Assembly: GCF_006345805.1 (NCBI RefSeq)
Contig: NW_021833052.1
Location: 22,449 to 86,448, forward strand
Reading direction: 5' to 3'
Length of the DNA stretch: 64,000 nt
DNA from: Octopus sinensis
Taxonomy: Eukaryota
Shown: positions 50,905-61,627 of the stretch, piece by piece
Numbering within the stretch: position 1 is the stretch's first letter
Layout: every line of letters starts with the position of its first letter
Notes under the pieces: model-generated
Told to the model about the DNA's origin: nothing
The model's database searches: none
What the model saw: only the letters and a program-made list of their open reading frames with translations
Made by a program: the position numbers and the translations under genes

Positions 50905-53504
50905 CTAGCAGCATAGCCCGGCGTCGCCCGTGTATGTAAGAAACTTTGTCGATAAGCAATGCCCTTTACTTTTTTACCCTTTTTTGTACTCATTGAACCG
51001 TTATTTTGTAAAATGAAGCCTAATGGTATCGTAGTTGAATGCTAGTGACGACCAGAAAGCGGGGGCAGGGGTACACCACGAATGATATCCAGAAGCTGGT
51101 TGATACTCTCAAGTCGAGTGCGCTGTGCCTCAGCAGATTGAGATGCGCATGCGACAGCGGTAGCAGTGGCATCCCTTGAAAGCCTTTCAGCTCTCGCCTC
51201 AGCAGTCTCTGAAGCCCTAGCAGAAGCAGTGTTAATGGCATCTCTGGATGTCCGAATAGTGCGTTGGTCTGGAGTTTCGGCAGATCGAGCCATGGCTGTG
51301 TTTGCGGTGTTAGCAGCTTGGCGAGCTCTCTTCTGTTGAGGTGTTTCGGCAGATCGGGCCGTGGCTGTGTTTGCGGAGTCAGCAGCTTGGCGAGCTCTCT
51401 TCTGTTGAGGTGTTTCGGCAAATCGAGCCATGGCTGTGTTTGCGGCGTCAGCAGCTTGGCGAGCTCTCTTCTGTTGTGGTGTTTCGGCAGATCGGGCCAT
51501 GGCTGTGTTTGCGGCGTCAGCAGCTTGGCGATCTCTCCTCTGTTGAGGTGTTTCGGCAGATCGGGCCATGGCTGTGTTTGCGGCGTCAGCAGCTTGGCGA
51601 GCTCTCCTCTGTTGTGGTGTTTCGGAAAATCGGGCCATGGCTGTGTTTGCGGCGTCAGCAGCTTGGCGATCTCTCTTCTGTTGAGGTGTTTCGGCAGATC
51701 GGGCCATGGCTGTGTTTGCGGCGTCAGCAGCTTGGCGAGCTCTCCTCTGTTGTAGTGTTTCGGAAAATCGGGCCATGGCTGTGTTTGCGGCGTCAGCAGC
51801 TTGGCGAGCTCTCCTCTGTTGTGGTGTTTCGGCAGATCGAGCCGTGGCTGTGTTTGCGGCGTCAGCAGCTTGGCGAGCTCTCCTCTTCTGTGAGGTTTCG
51901 ACAGATCGTGTAGTGGCGGTGCTAGCGGCGTCAGCCGCATTCCAAATGTCCCTTTGTTCGGGGTTCTCGCGATCCCTGCGGATGGAAGCACAGGAAGAAG
52001 CCCGCATGTTTTGGCTGGACTGTTGCTCTTTCGTCAACCTCGAGCGGAGGGAAGATCTGTACGCTGCGGCCCTTGCAAGTTGGGTAGAACGGTCGCTAGT
52101 AGTTTCAGATGCCTGAGCAGCGGCAGAACGGGAAGCTTTTTTGCGAGAGGCGCAAGGCGGTTTCCTCGTGGGTCTCGCGTGCCCTTCTAGCCCTAGAAGC
52201 CGATGCCTTGGCCGTCCGAGGGCTGAGGAGGGTTCCTTCTCTTCTTGGGTGGCATTTTGGTGGATAGCAATGTGTTTGGCAAAGGTGTAATAAAAAGGAA
52301 CACGTGGGGTAAGTATCCCAAAATGTATAAAAATGTACAAAAACGAAAAAAAGCGGGCAGCAATGTGAGTGACAACAACGAAAAAGCAAAAAGTGACCAA
52401 ACTGAACAAACGAATGGAAAAGGTTTTTTGGTCCACACGACAAAAGCGGCTTATAATAAACCAAGAGTTTGCAAGTAGCGTCCGAGGACCCTTAGGGTAC
52501 GTCAATAATTTAAGGTAAAACGTTTGGGGTAGTAGTTATAAAGAAAGTTTAAACAAAAAAAGTATTCGAATAAGTTGCGGCTGCAGCAACGAATAGCAGA
52601 AGTAGGCCAACGTGTGAAACGAGCGGGTGTGAACCGAGAGAAGAAGTGGGAGTCACAAACTATACGCGCACAACTGAGTGTGTCAGTGCATGTGATTGGC
52701 CAAAGGGTGTTTAATTGAGAGCATTGTTCACCGTTTGGGGAGCCAATGGGAAGAGCTGCAATCATCGTGTCAAGGACACGCGCGCACGTGCGCAGACAAC
52801 CGCAAACGTATCTACAGCCCAACATTGCTCGGATTTGAAGCAAAAGGAAAACATATGCCATTCCTAGTAACTTTTATGATAAAAGCGGCAAAAATCGACT
52901 AAATCGCCTGAAATCCGCCAACTATTTAACAAAAGTCAGTTTTGTAGGGTTCGCATGGTCGGTCTCAAAGTGATATGGTTTTGTCGATTTCTCCCAATAC
53001 TTGTTAACTGCATTGACACACGTACGTTAGTTTGATATTTAATGCAAACTTGATGTCCAACATCGGTGTAGGGAAAATCTATAGGAACTTTCAAAAAATA
53101 TCGTAGAAAAATCGGTTTGCTATGTGTGCCACATATGATGTAATTAACCGATTTTTTCCAGTAATAACGTATCTTATTTGAATGAAAAGGGCCATATAGC
53201 TCCTTGGAGCAGACATGATGCTCGCTGTGAATTTCGAAAAAAATTCCTGCCAGTTTGTTTAAGATATTGTCGAAAATATGTCATCTTGAATTTGAACGCG
53301 ATTTCCGAAAATGGCATGATTTTATCGATTTTGTTTTGCGTTAGTTTTGAATTATGACATTGGGCTATGTGTGTGTCAAGTTTCATCAGAATCGGTTGAA
53401 AGCCGTGGTCAGGGTAAGGGTACAACCTGACAGACACCCAGACAGACAGACAGACACACAGACACACAGACACACAGACAAACTGCCTTTTATATATAGG
53501 GAGA
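50905..53504 (-). mobile_element. 2.6-kb non-autonomous Helitron
   Basis: Minus strand begins 5'-TCTCCCTATATATAAAAGG (53504) and ends in an imperfect GC hairpin (CGGGCGACGCCGGG) followed by CTAG-3' (50905). Inserted between A and T with no TSD. No Rep or helicase motifs inside. Confidence 0.85.
51042..52255 (-). pseudogene. Helitron RepHel N-terminal remnant with a 69-bp / 23-aa STPR-like repeat array
   Basis: Ancestral start MPPKKRR at 52255 needs two frameshifts to reach the repeat frame. About 9 near-identical units RSAETPQQRRARQAADAANTAMA plus ~5 degenerate ones. An in-frame ATG at 52007 would give a 321-aa repeat-only ORF. Confidence 0.7.
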
Positions 53505-53559
53505 TATGGAACAGAAAAAGGTGGGAAACAAGCAAAATTCACCGGTTGAAGAAGTCAGA

Positions 53560-53823
53560 AAAAGTCCGTCACTACATCAACTTAATCATCGTCACCGTCA
53601 ACATCGTCATCATCATCATCATTTTTGTCGTTCATCATCGTCATCACCGACATCAGCGCCACCAGCATTGCTATTATCACGACTACCAATTCAACCTTTA
53701 CTGCTATCATAATTGTCACATTAACCATCATCAATTGAACTACCATAAAAAAAAATAAATAAAATTCATTCAAAATCGCCATCTTCATCATCACTAGCAG
53801 CAGCATCGCCACCCCCCACCCAC

Positions 53824-53874
<51 letters not shown>

Positions 53875-54186
53875 TATCATCATCATCATCATCATCATCG
53901 TCATCATCATCGCCATCCTTCTCCCCTTCTGCTTCCTCCGCTTCCTCCTGTTCCCGCTCCTGCTCCCCTCTTTCTTTTCCTCCCTCCTTCTCCTTCTCCT
54001 CCTCCTCCTCATCATCATCATCATAATCACCATGGCTATCATTCTCCACTACCCCTTCTGTGTCATCGTCTGCTTCCCCTTCTTCCTCCGGTTCCCCCCA
54101 CTTCTTCCCCCTCCTCCTCATCATCATCAGCATTGTCATCGTTATCGTCGTCGTCGTCGTCACCATCAACATTATCATCATCGTCG

Positions 54187-54220
<34 letters not shown>

Positions 54221-54575
54221 TGCCATGATTCTCCGCTCCCTCTTCTGCTTCCTCCTGTTCCCCCTCTTCATCTTCCTCTTCATCATCATCAGCAGCAGCA
54301 GCATTGTCATCGATATCGTCGTCGTCGTCGTCACCATCAACATCATCATCATCGTCATCGTCAACGTCATCAAAATCAGCGCTATCGTGATATTTCCTCT
54401 CACTCGTAATCTGTATGGTCATCTTAATTATCACGGTCGCCATTACCGTCGTTATTATCATCATCATTACCATCATTATCAGACCCCACCCCCTCCTCAC
54501 CATCATCTTCACCATATATCATCATAAGATGTAGTACCTATGTCGTCGTCATCGCCGTCGTCGTCCTCGTTATGA
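53560..54575. repeat. (CAT)n/(CCT)n/(CGT)n low-complexity tract with internal duplication
   Basis: Direct reading. TTCTGCTTCCTCC..TTCCTCCTGTTCCC block recurs near 53925 and 54243. Confidence 0.9.
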
Positions 54576-55174
54576 TTTATGATATTTAATTACAGCTCTG
54601 CAATTCGAAGATTAATGGAACAAGTGACCATCCACGCGCACTCAAATACGCATACATACACCCTAGCCGAACACACACACATACATAGGAATATATATAT
54701 ATACATATATATGTGCGTGAGTGTGTGTGTTTCTTCTGTATTCCTACACAGTACAGAGGTGTTAGCCTTGCAGCAGGAGTGCAAGACCGCTGACTATAAA
54801 CGAACAAAATATTCGCAGACAATACTATATAATATATCACTGTCTTAACTTGTTGCCGTCAGACCCAATTTTCTACCAGTTAGGCTTAGCGACTTCCCGA
54901 CTGCAAAATAAATTTTGACACGCCAGACCCAGTATTTGTCTGTATTCATGAATGTGTGTGTGTATGTATACGTATGTGTGTGTATGTGTATGTGTGTGGC
55001 GCGTCCTTTGTGTTAAATCAATAAACTTTAATATTTGCCGTACATTAATTTTTCATATCTTTTCGTGTGCACTTATAAATTTTGGAAGTGTTGGTTGGAT
55101 ATCTGTTATTCGATGACGCTCGATTGTGTATATATTCGGCCATAGCACTTTCAAATTTTATAAAAATCGGAAAT

Positions 55175-55233
55175 ATTATACTGAAGAGAGGAGTAAAATT
55201 TAAATTACTTTAATCTCGAAACGCGTATGTAGT
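55175..55233 (+). ncRNA. Complete type-I hammerhead ribozyme motif (PLE-type, palindromic stem III)
   Basis: Stem I AUUAUA/UGUAGU (2 G-U wobbles); CUGAAGA (55181-55187); stem II GAGG/UCUC plus AGUAA/UUACU with canonical G10.1-C11.1; GAAA (55218-55221); ACGCGU palindrome; triplet GUA, predicted cut after 55227. Confidence 0.8.
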
Positions 55234-55499
55234 TAATCTTGGTCGTGCTGATTCATTGATTTTTCTCTTTGCCTTCGTAATTAAGTATGTTTACCGATAT
55301 GGAGATTCTTATAGTAGCAGAAAAGGAATTTTCAACTCCTATTTCTAATTTAGGTCTCTGATGAAGCAGTTAGCTGAACCCTAATTATAATTATGCGGAT
55401 AATTTTACCTATAAAGGTTATTTTAATTGTTAATTAATTGATTGATTGATTAATTAATTAATTAACTAATTCTACCTTTCTATTAATAATTTAAAATTT

Positions 55500-55541
<42 letters not shown>

Positions 55542-56006
55542 CATATACATATGTTGCTCTATCTTCACATGATATCGTATGCACACTCCTTTGTTATTTT
55601 TCAATTTTGACTAAACTTATCCTTTAAGCCTACTAACTCCATAACCCATCAGTCCTCTTGCTAGAGTGTCGAAACTGCATATTTTTAGTGAGCAGCTGAT
55701 GACCAGGTATATATCGTTCTGTTCATATCTATAGTCTTTATCACATTTTCGCTTGAATTATCCGTGTTCTCTTTCTCACTCACTCTCTCTCTCTCTCTCT
55801 CTTTCCTCTCTATCTCTCTCCCTTATAAATATACAATAGTGATATATATATATAGAAAGCGCTAAACATAAAGAAACCCTCATCGACTATTTTATAAGCA
55901 CGTCAATTTTTTTATTTATAATATTTAAATTTTTTTTAATTACAAAATTATAAAATTTTTAAAAATTCTAAGAATTTCATAAAATTAAACACCTAAAAAT
56001 ACAATA

Positions 56007-56042
<36 letters not shown>

Positions 56043-56044
<2 letters not shown>

Positions 56045-56788
56045 AAATTTAGAGGACTGACCACTAAAAGTGGACAGCCTCTATGCTAGATATAGACGTC
56101 AAAATCGCCATTTTCCACGAAGAATGTGTTCACAAGAAAAAATTCAGCAAAAAACCAAAGCGTAAAAATAACCAAGACAAATGAAAATATACGAAATAAA
56201 AAACGATTACCTATGTACTAATTAGTTTCACTTGTTAATATTTTCGTATAAGGATACGTAAACATCTGCAAGATCATCAGTATAATCTGTCATTTACAAA
56301 ACACAATTTCCAGAATTAGATATAGAACGCCCGACCGAAATCCAGCTTCTACACAGTTCCACAAATTACATCTATGTGTATCTTTCAAATGCCTTCACTT
56401 TGGCGCGATGAGATCGGAAATTACTCTGCAGTTAATAAACTACAGCAGTTAATTTACCGGCTAGAGAACATTTTTTTAATTTAAAATTAAATTAGAGTAG
56501 AAATTGATATTAATCAATTAAAACCAGTGGCCTAGCATATTAAAAAAAATATGATGATCTTGCAGATTTTTATGTATTCATATATGTAAATATTAACAAG
56601 TGAAACGAATTAGTACATAGATAATCGTTTTTTATTCTGTATATTTTCATTTGTCTTGCTTATTTTTGAACTTTGGTTTTTTGCTAAATTTTTTCTTGAG
56701 AACACATTCTTCGTGGAAAATGGCGATTTTGACGTCTATATCTAGCATAGAGGCTGTCCACTTTTAGTGGTCAGTCCTCTAAATTTTG
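56043..56788. mobile_element. 746-bp MITE with ~235-bp TIRs and TA flanks
   Basis: CAAAATTTAGAGGACTGACCACTAAAAGTGGACAGCC.. mirrored at ..GGTCAGTCCTCTAAATTTTG. Arms ~56043-56277 and ~56554-56788. TA on both sides; superfamily uncertain (Tc1/mariner-type TSD). Confidence 0.85.
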
Positions 56789-57596
56789 TATGTAAAAATT
56801 TTTTTATTCTTCGGATTAAAATATCCTTTACATCAGAGCCTTCAAATACGAAAGACACATTGAATAATGCAATTGTTAATGCAATAACTTGAATAAAACG
56901 TGGTGGTTACGGCTGGAATGTATTTGATTGTAAGTCTGCTCAAAAAGGACTGATTTGTAGCTAAATTGGTGTAATGTTGTAAACAAATATATAGGAAACT
57001 ATAAAATAGAATGTAGCATCTTTGCTAAATAAATGTAAGAGAATTAGTGGAGATATAAATACTTTTGGAGTCAAACACTTTAGAAATGAAATTAAGGATT
57101 GAGAAACAATTCTAAAGTCGTATTAAGTTAATGTCTCAAAATAGAGCTGAATGCCAAATACTCTGGATGATAAAGATATAGCTTGCAGATATGATATCCT
57201 CAGTGGGAAGTAAGGTTAAATGAATTAGCAAGGCCAGATGGGAAAAGAAAGGGAATAAATTATCAGATTTAGATTACAACAGGCAGAACCTGACACAGAA
57301 GGATTCTATTCTCCACCAATACATTCTGAAATTAGAAAACTAGTATAAATTACCGACTGTAAGGCTACAAAAATATCTCGTCAAAAAGCAATGGGAAACC
57401 GATACAAATAGTTTGTATCTGAATTTCTGAGAGGAATTATTATCATTAAGCATTGATATGTTTGGACTGATGTCTTCATCTTGGTTGTTATGGTCACAAT
57501 GTTTCGGTTGTCCTACCCTTCGGCAATCTTCAGGAGCCTCCTTCCATATTCGGTAATATTCTCCAAATCTCGAGCCGAACCCTGTCTTTAAAATAC

Positions 57597-57770
57597 AGGC
57601 GTAGGGGTGGCTGTGTGGTAAGTAGCTTGTTTACCAACCACATGGTTTCGGGTTCAGTCCCACTGCGTGGCACCTTGGGCAAGTGTCTTCTACTATAGCC
57701 TTGGGCCGACCAAAGCCTTGTGAGTGGATTTGGTAGACGGAAACTGAAAGAAGCCCGTCGTATATATGTT

Positions 57771-57811
<41 letters not shown>

Positions 57812-58025
57812 TTTGTGTGTCTGCGTTTGCCCCCCCCCCCTACATCGCTTGACAACCGATGCTGGTGTGTTTACGTCCCTGTAACTTAGCGGTTCGGCAA
57901 AAAGAGACCGATAGAATTAGTTCTAAGCCAAAAAAGAATAAGTCGTGGGGTCGATTTGCTCGATTAAAGGCGGTGCTCCAGCATGGCCGCAGTCAAATGA
58001 CTGAAACAAGTAAGAGTAAAAAGTA
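57597..58025 (+). mobile_element. Full-length OK-like SINE
   Basis: Matches 3740-4190 from head to tail. Confidence 0.85.
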
Positions 58026-58413
58026 TAACTGTATATATTTCATCCCGTGCAACGATCACAGTAAATGTAAAGGTGAATCTCGCTGCTGTTAAAAATGCAA
58101 AGCTAAAGAAACGTTGGCGAGCAACCGTCGGCCACAGAGAAACATGAAAATCAAGCATGGATTTGGGCAACAAAAAAAGATTTATTGTTTGCTACCCAGA
58201 CAAACGGCGCTGTACTAAAATAAATCGAGTACGCTGTTTCCGAATCAGAACTCAGTATTGCTAAAACACGTCAGGATTTTGAGTTATTCGCATAATTATA
58301 TATTAATACTATATTAGAATCAGGAATAGTTCAGTTCATTAAGGTAAATAATTATTATAATAGTATATTGGTACTGTAAACGAACCAGCACCGGTTGTCA
58401 AACGTTGGATCAC

Positions 58414-58450
<37 letters not shown>

Positions 58451-58471
58451 TATATGTGTGTGTGTGTATTC

Positions 58472-58513
<42 letters not shown>

Positions 58514-58610
58514 ACGGGAAGCTTTATGAAAATAGACAAAAGACGAAGGTAGGTGGAAAACAAACGAACAATTGTATTAGTATGGCGCTCAGGAAATATA
58601 AATAAAACAA

Positions 58611-58650
58611 GTCTTTAACGTTTCGAGCCTACGCTCTTCAACAGAAAGAT
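58611..58650 (-). ncRNA. Minimal hammerhead-like motif, copy C (core variant CUGUUGA)
   Basis: CUUU-CUGUUGA-A-GAGC(GUAG)GCUC-GAAA-CG-UU-AAAG. Host repeat 58535-58760. Confidence 0.55.
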
Positions 58651-58835
58651 ACACAGAGAGAAAAAAAACACAGAAAGAAGGAGAGAAAAAAATGCGTGCA
58701 GTAGCTAACGAATCAACATGGCGATCTGATTTCGGCCAGAGGTCAAAGATCAAACATGAGACATATATATATATATATCAGAAATAATAAATTCCTAAAT
58801 GTCTCAAAGAGACATAAGCGGTGGTGGTGCGATAG

Positions 58836-59178
58836 AGTGGTTGTATACTGTCAACTTAACGTGACAGTCCCGTAAGGGAATTACAACACCGCTGTTTAGC
58901 CCTAGGAAGCATCGAACGCTTCCTGTCGGCTTTGACACATTTTCTGTGTCAATCAGCAGATCTCACTATCCTGGGCTGATGACGGGTTAATATCCAGAAA
59001 CATGCATGTCCTCGGTGTGAATCTTGGCTGGTGGGGGTGCTTGCCTCCCCTTCACAACTATAAGGACACAGAAAATGTGTCAAAGCCGACAGGAAGCGTT
59101 CGATGCTTCCTAGGGCTAACAGCGGTGGTGTAATTCCCTTACGGGACTGTCACGTTATGTTGACAGTATACAACCACT
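58836..59178. repeat. Long inverted repeat (115-bp arms, 114-nt spacer containing a hammerhead)
   Basis: Arms 58836-58950 and 59065-59178 differ by 2 substitutions and 1 indel. Confidence 0.92.
58971..59015 (+). ncRNA. Type-I hammerhead ribozyme motif in the spacer of the inverted repeat
   Basis: Stem I CUGGG/CUCGG (wobbles); CUGAUGA (58976-58982); stem II GGGU(UAAU)AUCC with a C.A mismatch at its base; GAAA (58997-59000); 10-nt palindrome ACAUGCAUGU; triplet GUC, predicted cut after 59010. Confidence 0.75.
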
Positions 59179-59226
59179 ATATATATATATCTATATATAT
59201 ATTATATATATTATAATTATATATAT

Positions 59227-59281
<55 letters not shown>

Positions 59282-59699
59282 GTTCATAGATGAGAATCGG
59301 ATATTCTTCCTATAGATTACGCATACACTTAGTAGTGCTCAAGAGATTTAAACTTGAGTGTATATCTATATACGACGGTTCTCCAAACAGTTTCGATTCT
59401 ATACCCGGTCCGACCACACTGTTTTCAAAAGGTGGTCGGCTTGGAGACATAGCAGAAGACACGTGACTGAACCCCAAGCCCCGTGAATGTAAAGTAAGAT
59501 TGTTAACCGTACAGCCATGCTTGAACCATTGGCTAAAGATGTCAGGAGAGATATAAGATACTCCTGCACAGAGCATTTCTTGGATGGATAATGAATTTAT
59601 AACGTTCTAGGCGGAATCGCCATGTTTATCATTAATCATTAATCACAGTAACCACTTCATTAGTCAATCTACTACTGTGATGATTGTTCCTTCTCGAGT

Positions 59700-59986
59700 T
59701 ATGCCTGGCTCATAAGGGCCGGTTTCCCGGTTTCTTGGTGTATAGGTTCCTCACCTGTAACGGGATGCCGGTCCGTCGCAGGTGAGCTGCAAGAGGCAGG
59801 AGGAAAGAGTGAGAGAAAGTTGTGGCGAAAGAGTCGGCAGAAGTTTCGCCATTACCTTCTGCCGGAGCCGCGTGGAGCTTAGGTGTTTCGCTCATAAACA
59901 CACACATCGTCCGGTCTGAGATTCGAACCCGCGATCCCTCGACCGCGAGTCCGCTGCTCAAAACCACTAGGCCATGTGCCTCCACT
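59700..59986 (-). mobile_element. tRNA-head SINE: OR1-like head and body with OR2-like tail
   Basis: Reverse complement: head like 629 and tail GAAACCGGGAAACCGGCCCTTATGAGCCAGG like 43980-44010. Confidence 0.75.
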
Positions 59987-60100
59987 CATCTACTACTGTG
60001 CCACCTAATGTCAGATTTTCGTTTGAAGTACAGTTCACGTTTACGAGGAACTGTATTTTCTGTGACTGCACATGTCTGTTCTTGAAAATTAACAAATGCG

Positions 60101-60297
60101 TTATTTAAGTAGTTCAACGTAGGGGTGGAGAGACATCATAATTTCTTGCAGTTTGTTCATCACATTAGGCAAATATCCTGGATTCTGAAATGTTTCAATC
60201 TGGGATTGTAAAGCTTCATTAGTATCAATAATTTAAAGTTGACCATGCGCCGAGCGATCATTTTTCATGCAGAGAACAGAAGTAATAGCACTAGCCC
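60101..60297 (-). pseudogene. Helitron RepHel fragment (region N-terminal to the Rep motifs)
   Basis: Minus strand GQL*IIDTNEALQSQIETFQNPGYLPNVMNKLQEIMMSLHPYVELLK resembles the Helitron AQLYI.DT...R...N......L..ML...NPY pattern. Confidence 0.55.
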
Positions 60298-60744
60298 AAT
60301 TTAGCGTTGATTATTTCCAACCCGCACCCCGCACCCCGCTCTCCTCAAACATCCTTCGAAATTTTATTCTGAACATTGGAAATTCAGAATCTGTAAATAA
60401 AAATACGAGAAATTAATTCTTTTTTAATCAAACACTGTTTAGAGTTTTTAAAGTGATTTACAGTTGTGGTACTTTTATATATCAATATATTTCGTTTACA
60501 TTTGAAGTCTCTAAGTATATTTAGTTTGTGTATTTGAAGGCATTAACTATTTCGCTTCTTGACAGCCTAAAATGCTTGCAGTTTCAGTTCCAATTTATTC
60601 AGGATAAAATGTAATCACATATGCAAACAAAATGTATTTATAACATTCAACTGCAATGTATAAAATACATTTATATACAAAACGGTACTGCAACTGTAAA
60701 TTCCCTAACCTTAATCAGTTCTTAATTTACATATTTTTTATTAC

Positions 60745-60794
<50 letters not shown>

Positions 60795-60795
<1 letters not shown>

Positions 60796-61525
60796 GGTGG
60801 TGAGAAGGCGAAATGCTTAGCGGTATTTCGTCTGCCGTTACGTTCTAAGTTCAAATTCCGCCGATATCTTTTCGGGGTCGATTAGATAAGTACCAGTTAC
60901 GCACTGGCGTCGATATAATCGACTTAATCTGTTTGTCTCTCCTTGTTTGTACCTCTCTGTGTTTAGCCCCTTCTGGGTAGTAAAGAAATAGGTATTTCGT
61001 CTGCCGCTACGTTCTGAGTTCAAATTTCGCCGAGGTCGACTTTGCTTTTCATCCTTTCGGGGTCGATTAAATAAGTACCAGTTACGCGCTGGGGTCGATA
61101 TTATCGACTTAATCCGTTTGTCTGTACTTGTTTGTCCTCTCTGTGTTCAGCCCCTTGTGGGTAGTAAAGAAATAGGTATTTCGTCTGCCGCTACGTTCTG
61201 AGTTCAAATTTCGTCGAGGTCGGCTTTGCCTTTCATCCTTTCAGGGTCGATTAAATAAGTACCAGTTACGCACTGGGGCTGATATAATCGACTTAATCTG
61301 TTTGCCTGTCCTTGTTTGTCCTCTCTGTGTGTAGCCCCTTGTGGGTAGTAAAGAAATAGGTATTTCGTCTGCCGCTACGTTCTGAGTTCAAATTTCGCTG
61401 AGGTCGACTTTGCCTTTCATACTTTTGGGGTCGATAAATTAAGTACCAGTTACGCAATGGGGTCGATAAAATAGACTTTTCCTTCCCCAAAAAATTTCAG
61501 GTCTTGTGCCTATAGTAAAAAAGAT
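60795..61525 (+). repeat. Tandem array of SINE body plus Tx1-like tail, 184-bp period
   Basis: GGTATTTCGTCTGCCG starts at 60822, 60991, 61175 and 61359. The first unit has an internal deletion; the last ends in the alternative CCCCAAAA..GTCTTGTGCCTATAGTA tail. Confidence 0.85.
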
Positions 61526-61537
61526 TATTATTATTAA

Positions 61538-61578
<41 letters not shown>

Positions 61579-61581
61579 TTA

Positions 61582-61627
<46 letters not shown>

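Noticed and set aside
51020-52116. Additional overlapping ORFs in other frames of the 69-bp array
   Set aside because: A GC-rich unit whose length is a multiple of three and lacks stops gives long ORFs in several frames automatically; only the STPR-like frame matches a known pattern.
55358-55410. Second CUGAUGA near the 55.18-kb hammerhead
   Set aside because: No downstream GAAA, stem III or cleavage triplet could be paired.
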